From NCBI GenBank assembly GCA_002269645.1, contig NIVC01000760.1, positions 65,972 to 129,971 on the forward strand: 64,000 nucleotides of DNA. The letters are read 5' to 3'. Shown piece by piece: positions 43,870 through 57,577 of this stretch. A program made the translations under genes and the position numbers. How positions within the stretch are numbered: position 1 is the first letter of the stretch; every line of letters starts with the position of its first letter. The notes beneath the pieces are model-generated. The model did no database searches. It was not told the DNA's origin and worked only from the letters and a program-made list of their open reading frames with translations. This DNA is from Macrostomum lignano. Its lineage: Eukaryota.

Positions 43870-44750
43870 GGGAAATCTCATGTAGGATAAAGCTGGGGAG
43901 GGGAAATCTCATGTAGGATAAAGCTGGGGAGGGGAAATCTCATGTAGGATAAAGCTGGGGAGGGGAAATCTCATGTAGGATAAAGCTGGGGAGGGGAAAT
44001 CTCATGTAGGATAAAGCTGGGGAGGGGAAATCTCATGTAGGATAAAGCTGATGAGGGGAAATCTCATGTAGGATAAAGCAAGGGAGGGGAAATCTCATGT
44101 AGGATAAAGCTGGGGAGGGGAAATCTCATGTGAGATGAAGCTGGGGACGGGAAATCTCATGTAGGATAAAGCTGGGAAGGGGAAATCTCATGTAGGATAA
44201 AGCTGGGGAGGGGAAATCTCATGTAGGATAAAGCTGGGGAGGGGAAATCTCATGTAGGATAAACCTGGGGAGGGGAAATCTCATGTAGGATAAAGCTAGC
44301 GAGGGGAAATCTCATGTAGGATAAAGCAAGGGAGGGGAAATCTCATGTAGGATAAAGCTGGGGAGGGGAAATCTCATGTGAGATAAAGCTGGGGAGGGGA
44401 AATCTCATGTAGGATAAAGCTAGGGAGGGGAAATCTCATGTAGGAAAAGGCTAGGGAGGGGAAATCTCATGTAGGAAAAGGCTAGGGAGGGGAAATCTCA
44501 TGTAGGATAAAGCTGGGGAGGGGAAATCTCATGTAGGATAAAGCTGGGGAGGGGAAATCTCATGTAGGATAAAGCTGGGGAGGGGAAATCTCATGTAGGA
44601 AAAGGCTAGGGAGGGGAAATCTCATGTAGGATAAAGCTGGGGAGGGGAAATCTCATGTAGGATAAAGCTGGGGAGGGGAAATCTCATGTAGGATAAAGCT
44701 GGGGAGGGGAAATCTCATGTAGGATAAAGCTGGGGAGGGGAAATCTCACC
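43870..44750. repeat. 31-bp AAATCTCATGTAGGATAAAGCTGGGGAGGGG array, ANKZF1 intron
   Basis: Period 31. Confidence 0.95.
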
Positions 44751-45384
44751 GAGCATAAAGCTATGATACGGAAATCCCACGGAAAAATCAGATTAGAATA
44801 AGCAGCAAATGTCCACACAAAAAACTCACTTTGCAATCGGCGATGGAGGGCCTAGAAAGATGGCCTGCTGCTGCTTACTAATCCGAATCAATACGAAATG
44901 ACAAGCGTTCAATTCGTCAGTCCACGAGGCCAGCAGGTTTTGAATCTTCTCGCGCAGATGCGCCTCGCAACGGCGCCGAAGATTGGCGCCGGCAGATTTC
45001 GGTCCGCTAGCGCCGCCAGATTGAGAATCGCGCGCGCTCTGCAGTCCGCCCTGGCGTTTCCGTACGGCGTATTGGTGAAACGTTTTGTGAGCCACGGCTC
45101 GGCCAGATTCGTCAAATATTGCGCCGGCGAAATGACCGCCGGCTAGCATTAGAATTGCCCAGCGAAGCATTCTCGGCAGGGCGGCGGCTCGGCTCAGCAG
45201 AGACTCTTCGCTTGGGGCGGGCAGGTCGAATAGGCATCGGGCTATGCTCACGTACTCGCGGTCTTTGTTTAGGAAGAACAGACGGCCCGACTGGCTGAGC
45301 AGCTGGTGACGGGAGAGCGACGCAAAGCTGCCGTCTGACTGGCCACCGGCCTGCGGGGTCGGGGCGAGGATTCAGGGGCTAGGG

Positions 45385-45640
45385 GTTGAGGGGGATTCTT
45401 ATCTGTAGGGGTTGAGGGGGATTCTTATCTGCAGGGGTTGAGGGGCGATTCTTATCTGTAGGGGTTGAGGGGCGATTCTTATCTGCAGGGGTTGAGGGGC
45501 GATTCTTATCTGCAGGGGTTAAGGGGCGATTCTTATCTGTAGGGGTTGAGGGGGGGTTCTTATCTGTAGGGGTTGAGGGTCGATTCTTATCTGCAGGGGT
45601 TGAGGGGCGATTCTTATCTGTAAGGACGTTAGGGGCGATT
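45385..45640. repeat. 27-bp TTCTTATCTGTAGGGGTTGAGGGGCGA array, ANKZF1 intron
   Basis: Direct inspection. Confidence 0.9.
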
Positions 45641-46069
45641 TTTTTCGCAGCGATATTTTAAGCAGCTAATTTTCAGCTTACCTTGGCATCATTATTTTTA
45701 GCATAACTATTATTATCGTTCTCGGAGCTCGACGAATCCGAATCGTCTTCATCTTCATCGCCCGAGAGGCTGGACAGATCGGACGAAGCAAGCGAGCCGT
45801 CAGGTCCCGCTGCTCCACCGCCGTTGATCAGATTGATCGAATTCGGCTTCGCTAATACAAGCCTGTTGCTTAGCAACCCGATGCCGATTGTACAGATGCC
45901 AATCGGAGCGGAAATGCTCGCGCTGCTCGGCGCAACTGGAGAACTGCTCGCCGCATGTGGCGCATTGGAAAGAATCTAACTGCTGCTGCTGCTTTTGCTG
46001 CTCCTGGGGGAATAGGTTGAATTTACCTTTTAGCTTATCAAGCTGTCAATCTGCTTTTCCATGTGTCTG

Positions 46070-47440
<1,371 letters not shown>

Positions 47441-47999
47441 ATCTTTGACTTTGTGATTTAAAAAATAAAATTTTGAAAAAAAACATTAGTAGAGATTATT
47501 TTTATTTCAGCTGAAATGGGTCAAACTGCAGTGTATTTATAATATTAATTCCTACTATCCGTTTATAATGACAATAAAACTAACAAAAGCAACTAATAAA
47601 CAGACGATAACATAATTATTTCACAAATTATAAACAAGTACAAAAGTGAACCAACGTGACAAGTTGATTAATAATTCACAAAATCTATTTTTAGATTTTA
47701 TAATCGTAAATAAAAATTAGGCAAAACGATAAAGATTACAATAATAAAACAAATATAACCAATGACAATACGGTGAGATTGTAGAAATTTTTACTTAACT
47801 ACACATATAATACTTACAAGCGCATAGAAAGGTGGGACAAAAGAGTAGACACAATAAAACAATACGGAACTTAGCAGCCCACACATATGTACAGAACTTA
47901 GTTTTAGGCACTTTATTTATTTTTTAAACATAAATTTAAAACTTTAAACTTGAAGATTAAAGAGATTTGCAGAACTTGGCATTTAAGTTTGAAACTTGA

Positions 48000-48745
48000 T
48001 CTGCAGTTTGAGGAATTGAGTTGCAGTTTGGGGAATTGAGTTGCAGTTTGGGGAATTGAGTTGCAGTTTGGGGAATTGAGTTGCAGTTTGGGGATTTGAG
48101 TTGCAGTTTGGGGAATTGAGTTGCAGTTTGGGGAATTGAGTTGCAGTTTGGGGAATTGAGTTGCAGTTTGGGGATTTGAGTTGCAGTTTGGGGATTTGAG
48201 TTGCAGTTTGGGGAATTGAGTTGCAGTTTGGGGAATCGAGTTGCAGTTTGGGGATTTGAGTTGCAGTTTGGGGAATTGAGTTGCAGTTTGGGGATTTGAG
48301 TTGCAGTTTGGGGATTTGAGTTGCAGTTTGGGGAATTGAGTTGCAGTTTGGGGATTTGAGTTGCAGTTTGGGGATTTGAGTTGCAGTTTGGGGAATTGAG
48401 TTGCAGTTTGGGGAATCGAGTTGCAGTTTGGGGAATTGAGTTGCAGTTTGGGGATTTGAGTTGCAGTTTGGGGAATTGAGTTGCAGTTTGGGGAATTGAG
48501 TTGCAGTTTGGGGAATTGAGTTGCAGTTTGGGGATTTGAGTTGCAGTTTGGGGAATTGAGTTGCAGTTTGGGGAATTGAGTTGCAGTTTGGGGAATTGAG
48601 TTGCAGTTTGGGGATTTGAGTTGCAGTTTGGGGAATTGAGTTGCAGTTTGGGGAATCGAGTTGCAGTTTGGGGAATTGAGTTGCAGTTTGAGGAATTGAG
48701 TTGCAGTTTGGGGATTTGAGTTGCAGTTTGGGGGATTCAAGTTGC
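48000..48745. repeat. 20-bp GAGTTGCAGTTTGGGGAATT array between PAXIP1 and ANKZF1
   Basis: Period 20, about 37 copies. Confidence 0.95.
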
Positions 48746-49001
48746 ATTTTTGGGGATTAACATGCAATAATTTAGAAGCAAGACAAAAAACGATGCATGA
48801 AACAATTTCATAATTAACTTAAAACTAAAAAGGCCATGCAAGAAAAAAGCACAGAGAGCAATTATAAAGACATTAAAACAGACAAAAATTCGCAGAGATA
48901 AACTATACACGGATAGATAGATAAGAAGTATGCAATTGAATAAGCAAACAGACAATAGTTGATGACCAATTGTTATGCTATCAATAATTGATTTCCAATA
49001 A

Positions 49002-50034
49002 TTATTGAAATCCTTGTTTAACACTGCCAGACGACTCATCTTGCTGTTGACGCTGAACTGTAGGAGAACGATTAATCGTTGATGAAGTAGAAGATGCTGC
49101 AACAGTAGCAACAGTAGCCCCAGTAGTCCCGGATTTGGCAATATTAGATCCATCATTTTGAGCACTATTGGACACAGGTCGAACAGCTGCGTTAGGAAGT
49201 TCCGTAGCTACTGCCGTATTACTATTAGTAGTATCAACAGTAGTAGCAGTAGTATTAGTAGCAGTTACAGCTAAGCTAGGCTCCTGCTTTTCCACTTTAA
49301 TAGTAATCTGACTGGCTGAGTTAGTAGCGCCGTCAGTAGTAGATGCAGATGCGGTCGGTTTTGATGAAGCCTGAGCGTCAGATTCAGCGGAGACTGGAGG
49401 AGCAACGGCCGCAGGCGGTGGCGGCGGAGGCGGCGGTGGTGGCGACACAGGCGGTCGAATAGGGAATGGCGACTTTTTAAATTGCAACTGATGAGACAGA
49501 AGATCAACGCGCTGGTGAAGGGCGCAGTCCAATACAAATGACTCGCTTTGGACAGCTGAATGGGGGTTTAGACAGGGGGGTGGGGGTTGGGGCTGGGGTT
49601 AAATCAGTTTATTTATGCATTCTACTGACCAATAGGCGCACAGACATTTTCATAGTATGTACACTGGCCACCCGATGACAATGTACACCTCACTCCTCTG
49701 TGCCTTAGCGCTGGTCCCTAATAAGCGTGGTAACCAAGTGACTTACATTTATTAACATGGGTTACTTAAAGACAGAATTATCCTATCTTTCTGTCTTACC
49801 TCTGTTTTACCTGTCTACTTGATTTATTGTCTGTCTGTCTGTCTTACCTCTGTTTTACCTGTCTACTTGATTTAGTGTCTGTCTGTCTGTCTTACCTCTG
49901 TTTTACCTGTCTATTTGATTTAGTGTCTGTCTGTCAGTTTTACCTGTCTGTCTTTGTCTTACCTGTCTATCTGTCTGTCTGTCTTACCTGTCTAGGTGTC
50001 GATCTGTCTTTTTGTCTAGCTGTCTGTCTGTCTT

Positions 50035-50107
<73 letters not shown>

Positions 50108-53100
50108 GTGTTTTCTGTCTGTTTCTGCTTTGTCTGTTTGATATGAAATCACTTTCAAAGTCTATATCTAGCTGTATCCGTATCTTTCCTAATCTTTTTC
50201 TATTCAAAATTTTGCTATTGGAAAAGTTTATTTCGATACATATCGTCAAAACTAATAAATAAGTAACAAAACTCACCTAAGCGTCCGTGTTTACCACGCA
50301 GCAGATAGTGCACGCAGTGACAATCTTCCTCAGTGCCAACAAACAGATGCTTGGGCGCCAGCTCGCTATGGCACTGATCGGCTGGCGGCAGGCGTTCAAT
50401 AATATGCCCGCCGTTGACATTAATCAGCTTCCTAATTAGGTCATCTCGTACAGCTCCGCCGCAGCCGCCGCAGGTTGGGCCTAGACAGAAGGTATAACCG
50501 GAAAATAGCTTCCTCTGCCGGCTGGACTCTAGCACCGAGGCCAGACTGATGCCCAGCTGCCGCTCGCCATCTGTATCGGACAGTGCAAACGATTCGGGTT
50601 GCAGCCAAGCCTCTGCACTGGCCGATTCGTTCAACCAATCGGTATTAACAATTGGCACACCGCTAGATACTGCTAATAGTAGCTTAGGCGTGACAGCTAA
50701 CGATGGCGTCACTAATATTTGACACTTCTCCGATTCTGTATCTTTTAACAGACGGCCGCCTAGCTTGGCGCACAGTTGGGCGCATTGAGTTCGATCTTCT
50801 TTTGTTAGACCGGAGACGGCTACTAGCAGGGGCTCGTCTGTTGGCCGCTGCCACACTGGTCGAGTGGCAGCCGCCGCGGCGGAACTGTTGGCCGGGTCGC
50901 GGTTGACGGCGCCAGCGAGTTCGAGTCTAATAAAAACGTTTATGTGCCAATATGTATCGAAAGTACACATAAACCCCCAAAAATTGTTTCCAGAAGGAAT
51001 ACTAAATCATGCAAGACACGTATAATAGTTTATGTACCTATATCATACCTGCATTAATACTAAGTAGATGTAACATAGCCGATATGTATAGAAAAACAAG
51101 TTTACTAATAGTTAATAAAATTTCTAAATCTGCTATTGCCTCACCGATATGTATCGAAAGAAACATTTACTACATAAGGATACTATTAAAAGTACGTGAA
51201 AGGAAAAAAATAGCATTAGCTATAAATCCATCAATTTAAGACACAAAAATCCGATATGTATAGAAAAAGAGGTTGACCAATAGGTTTTTTATTCATTGTT
51301 ATAATAACGACATGTATCGAAAGTACACTTTACTGTACTTACTTGATTCTCTTAACGGAACCAGTCGAATCAGCCTGCGCCTCCTCTAATTTGCGCTTCT
51401 TATCGCCACTGTTCATTAATTTACGATTCTCCACAGCAGCCTAAAGGGGTTCGAGAAGATATGAAGATTTAGATACGAAACACATGGATAGAAGACAAAT
51501 AAATAAGCTAGTACTATACCTGCAGCATCTCAACAGTGACATGAACAGGTGTTGTCCAAGGTGCTAAAAAAGGTAGTTATAAAAATGACAAAACTTTGCA
51601 AATTAACATATGAAAAAATATTAACTGACAAAGAACCACGAGATAATGACTAACCCATCAGAGCTTCAGATTCGCCTTTAGCTAGCATTAATTCGTTATT
51701 TTTATTGGCGTCCCATCGGCTGTATTTATCGGACACTGGTTTTGCTAGGATAGCAAAACTGCCACGATATAGATCCATGACAAATTTGGCATTCACCACC
51801 TGTACACGAAAAAAGAAAAATTATGTAATTGCGTAATTTTTCATAGACTGCCTTAAAATTTAATGACGGTATTTTTGACTGCCTACTTTTAACAAAATAT
51901 ACGAGTAGTATCATTAGCATTTTTGAATAAAAGAATCGATAAATTTTTTTTGAAAACAGCTTACAGCAATGCCAAGACCACGAGCCTTATGAACAACATC
52001 TGTGTCGCCTTTTTTGCAGACAAGCACAGAAACGGTGGCGCACAATACAGGTGAATAACGAGCGCCTAAGCTTTTGATCATGTAGTACAGCTTGAGGCGA
52101 TCGTCCACAGCGAAGCCGTGAATAGCGAATACCTGAATAAAGATAATTGGCAGGCGCACTAGTATTATCATTAATAGGGACACATTTCACTGCCGCAAAT
52201 AAATGCTATAGGAGACCAGCAGGCACACGGGGATTACGAAAAACGGGAACATGTTCGCACAGGGTGTACTTTCTCGGTTAATGCGACCAAGCGCGAATTC
52301 GAACTCAGTCAACCTTGGGTCGAGAGTCAGACGCATGGGTCTAAGTCGAAAATTGATTGCCAGTAATTTGACTGTCAAACCTGAACCTAATCTGCATAAA
52401 CATATTCCAGATTTATCCTAAACCCGGGTTCCTAAACCTGACCTGAAATCTAACCTTAACCAAAATTTCACTCATTAAAACTGATCCTATTTGGGTTTAG
52501 GGACCCTAATTCCTCACCCAAACCTAAGCCCTAATTCCTAAACCTTAATTCCTGAACCTATCGTAAGCCCTAATTTTTACCTAAACCCTAATTCCTACCT
52601 AAACCTTGTTTAATTCCTACCTAAACTCAGATTCATACCTTAACCCTAATTCCTACGAAAACCCTAATTCCTACCTAAACCTTAATTCCTACCTAAGCCC
52701 TAATTCCTACCTAAACTCTAATTCCTACGTAAACCCTAATTCCGAAATCTAATCCTAAACCCCAATTCCTAAACATATCCTAAACCTTAATTCCTTAACC
52801 CTAATTCCTACCTAACCCTAATTCCTAAACCTTGACTAAATCGCTGACAGTAAATTGCCTTGCCCCCCTGATGCGTTACACCATCGCTAGCAGCTTTCTA
52901 AAAGTGTAAATAAAAAACAATAAGAAAAAGAAGAACCAACCTGATCCCGGCAATAGGACGGCGAGCTTTGCCTATCAACAATGCAGGGCAGATGCTGCAG
53001 CTCAGTTGGCGGCTCCATTGTGCCTTTGGTAATGCAGGCGGCCAACCAATTCATGCTCACTATGCGCTTCTTGTCTTGCAGAGCCTGCGCAATATAGTTA

Positions 53101-56100
53101 TGAGATATTGTTAATAAAATAAATAATCCGGTTTGCTTTATGATCTATGATAATCGTATTTTGTTTTATTGATGAGAACAGAAAAACTGAAGAGAGAAGA
53201 GGAAAGAAGAGATGAAGATAAAAGAAGAGAGGAAATGACAGAAAAGATGAGAGTAGATAAGATGGGAGAGATGAAAGGAGAGAAGAGATGAGAGGAAATG
53301 GGAGAGTGGAGAGAGAGAAGAGGAAAGAGACGAGAGAGAAGAGATGAGAGAAGAGAGAAGAGAGGAGAAAAGAGAGAAGAGGAAAAAGAGGAGAAAGAAG
53401 AGGAAAGAGGAGATAGGGGAGAGAGGAGAGAGGAGATAGGGGAGATTGGAAAGAGAAGAGGGGAAAAGAGGGGAAAGGAGAGAGAAGAGGGGAAAAGAGA
53501 GAGTAGAAAGAAGAGAGGAGAGGAGAGAGAAGAGAAAAGAGAGGAGAGAGAAGAGGGGAGAGGAGACAGGGGAGAGAGGAAAGAGAAGAGGGGAAAAGAG
53601 GGGATAGGAGAAGAAGGGAGAGGAGAGAGAGGGGAGAGGAGAGAGAAGAGGGGAGAAGAGAGGAGAGGATAGAGGAGAGAGAAGAGGGGAGAAGAGAGGA
53701 GATGACAGAGAAGAGAGAAGAGGGGAGAAGAGAGGAGAGGACAGAGAAGAGAGAAGAGCGGAGAGAAGAGAGACGAGAGAAGAGGGGAGAGGAGAGAAGA
53801 GGGAGATGGAAGAGCAGAGAGGAGGGGACAGTGGAGGAAGAATAGGGGTGAGGGGAGGAGAGCTGAGAAGAGACATAAACCATGAACAGGCCGGATTGCC
53901 ATTCTTCTAAAGCACCCCGAGGGCCAGATACTCGTAGAGAGGCTTTGCTGGTCGAAGTTTGCCCACCCTGAATTAGCACAAATACGGTTAGATATGCTGG
54001 TTTACTGGAAGATTCCTATAGCAAGCTTACTACTAGCACAAACTTACCACAAAGTACTCATCACAGGTGAGACACTCCAGAAGCACGTGAGTAACCCTAT
54101 CCGGGCTGTACCGTTGAACAGTAACACCGCCCCTAGCTTCAATTCGATCCAACCAGTGCTGCTTATATTTGGGACAATCGTTGAATGCTGGTACAAAAAA
54201 TACGCAGCCTAATAGACACAGGTCCACTGGTAATTTCTCTGGACAGTTGTGACCTACGTAGGTTGGCTTTGGCGGTGGCTGCTGTTGTTGTTGCGGCTGC
54301 TGCTGCTGCTGCTGAGCATGCATTTGAGCATGAGCAATTGACGGAGCGGCAGGTCCCCCAATCATAGTCGGAGGCTTGAGCACAGCAGATGGACCAGGAG
54401 GCTGATGAATAAGAACACCTGGTTGATGATGCTGCTGTTGCTGCGGTTGCTGATGTTGATGATGCTGTGGCATTGGCAACTGAGGATGCTGTTGCAGCTG
54501 CTGGTGCTGTTTAGCTGCCATCATAGCCGCCTGTTGCTGCTGTCGCTGTTGTTGCTGAGCTACAGCTGCGGCCACAGCGGCAGCTGACGAACTGACAACA
54601 ACTGAAGCACCGGAATGAACCGGATGCTGAGGCTGATGATGCTGCAATTGATGATGCTGCAACTGATGCTGATGTTGAATAGCTACGGACACAGGCGACT
54701 GCATGTGAGGCGACGGAGCTTGCAACTGCTGGTGCTGTTGCTGCTGCTGAATTGGATTCAAGTGAACAGTCTGCTGCTGCTGCTGCTGGTGATGATGCGG
54801 ATGCTGATGAGGCATCGGCTGAGGCTGCTGCTGTTGTTGCTGATGATGCACAGCGTGAGCTTGAGCCATCATCTGTTGCTGATGATGATGCTGAGCAGAT
54901 AAAGTCATATTAGGTTGAGCAGGCAATAAGCGAGACTGCAGATGCATAGCCGGTGCGTACTGAGGCGACTGAGGCGGCAACGGTTGAGCATAGGAAGTGA
55001 ATTGAGCAGCAGCAACTGGCGGCTGAGCATGAGAATAAACTAAGTGCTGTTGTTGCTGCTGCTGCTGCTGAGGTGGAGGAGGAGGAAAATTAGGATGCTG
55101 ATGCATAGGATGATGATGATGCTGCTGCTCAAGCTGCTGGTGCGGCGCCGGGGCTAGAAATATACTCTGAGCAGGCGTGGCCTGCTGAGTAGCCGTAGTT
55201 AAACTAGACTGAGGCGGCTGCTGAGTAGCCAATGCTGAGTTAGCAGATGAAGAGACGGCTGTACCAGTGACATTGATGCTAACACAGCTAGGCGACTGCA
55301 TGCCGCTAGGAGAGAATGCAAGGCCAGGTGTTGACGACATGGGCGAAGGCGACACTTCCGGTTGTTGTTGCTGTTGTTGTTGCTGTGGCGGCTGCAGTAG
55401 CATCGGAGTAGCTATACTACTACTAGTAGTAGTAGTAGCATTGCTAACACTCAAACCAACTGATACAATCGACGATGCTACTACAGGATTATTATTATTG
55501 CTAGGAGAAGCGGCAATAGTGCCAGCAGTAGTAGGAGCAGCAGAAACAGTTGAGGACACAGTTGAAGCAGCTGTAGTAGTAGCACCAATTTTGCCAACTC
55601 TGCTTTTGGGACTCTTGGGCGAACGAGTTTTTGCTGGCGATTTCGGCGACCGAGGCTTTTTTGGCTAAGAAAAGTTTAAAGGAATCATATTTTTAGCAAC
55701 ATAAAATAATACTGATCCTACTAATAATTATATTTAAACAGATTAAAATGCGAGGCAAAGGGGACACTAAATCACTAATCAATAAATGACTTAATGATAC
55801 GCATACTAATGCACTCAGTAAGAATACTAATGGACTCAGTAAGAATACTAATGCACTCAGTAAGAATACTAATGCACTCAGTAAGAATACTAATGGACTC
55901 AGTAAGAATACTAATGCACTCAGTAAGAATACTAATGGACTCAGTAAGAATACTAATGGACTCAGTAAGAATACTAATGGACTCAGTAAGAATACTAATG
56001 CACTCAGTAAGAATACTAATGCACTCAGTAAGAATACTAATGCACTCAGTAAGAATACTAATGGACTCAGTAAGAATACTAATGCACTCAGTAAGAATAC

Positions 56101-57543
56101 TAATGGACTCAGTAAGAATACTAATGGACTCAGTAAGAATACTAATGGACTCAGTGAGAATACTAATGGACTCAGTAAGAATACTAATGGACTCAGTAAG
56201 AACACTAATGGACTCAGTAAGAACACTAATGGACTCAGTGAGAATACTAATGGACTCAGTAAGAACACAAATGGACTCAGTAAGAATACTAATGCACTCA
56301 GTAAGAATACTAATGCACTCAGTAAGAACACTAATAGACTCAGTAAAAACACTAATGGACTCAGTGAGAATACTAATGGACTCAGTAAGAACACTAATGG
56401 ACTCAGTAAGAACACTAATGGACTCAGTGAGAATACTAATGGACTCAGTAAGAACACTAATAGACTCAGTAAGAATACTAATGCACTCAGTAAGAATACT
56501 AATGCACTCAGTAAGAATACTAATGCACTCAGTAAGAATACTAATGCACTCAGTAAGAACACTAATGGACTCAGTGAGAATACTAATGGACTCAGTAAGA
56601 ACACTAATGCACTCAGTAAGAACACTAATAGACTCAGTAAAAATACTAATGGACTCAGTGAGAATACTAATGGACTCAGTTAGAATGCTAATGGACTCAG
56701 TGAGAATACTAATGGACTCAGTAAGAATACTAATAGACTCAGTAAAAATACTAATGGACTCAGTGAGAATACTAATGGACTCAGTAAGAATACTAATAGA
56801 CTCAGTAAAAATACTAATGGACTCAGTGAGAATACTAATGGACTCAGTTAGAATACTAATGGACTCAGTGAGAATACTAATGGACTCAGTGAGAATACTA
56901 ATGGACTCAGTGAGAATACTAATGGACTCAGTGAGAATACTAATGGACTCAGTGAGAATACTAATGGACTCAGTGAGAATACAATTGGACTCAGTGAGAA
57001 TACTAATGGACTCATTATTAGCAGACAGTACAAAATACTCTCCTCAGCAGCATACCTGCGAGGGAGACGGCCTAGAAGGCGCGGATTCTTTAGTAAAAGC
57101 CAAATATTGCTGGCTAAGTATGTTCTTTACGTTTTGCTGCACAATAGCGTCTTTTTCTTCTTCGTTCAACGATTGCTCTTGATGATATTTATTGGTTTTT
57201 AATTTTTTCTGCTGTTGCTGCTGTTGCTGCTGCTGCTGGGTCATAGTGAGAGCGGCGGTTGCAGCTGCAGATGCTGCAGCAATAGTTTGAGCAGCAGAAG
57301 AAGCAACAGTAGTAGCCAAGCTGCCACTTCCAGCCATAGACATTGTTGACACGGAGGCCGCTCCGGCGGAACTAGTTGGCGAAATCAATTGCTGCTGCTG
57401 CTGCTGCTGCTGAGAAGGCGGTGTTAATCCAATCACTGGCGGGTTGCCTAGCAACTGTTGCTGCTGCTGATGAGGCTTGGCTAAACTACCACCGCTGATA
57501 GCTATACCAGAAGCTACCGGAAGGCGTTGTTGAAATGCTTGCG

Positions 57544-57577
<34 letters not shown>

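Noticed and set aside
45860-45900. 25-nt micro-intron that could bypass the ANKZF1 frameshift
   Set aside because: Implausibly short, and it would delete conserved post-zinc-finger residues (YNRHRVAK...ISEAEFD).
55693-57182. 462-aa and 310-aa repeat ORFs
   Set aside because: 21-bp array inside PAXIP1 intron 3.
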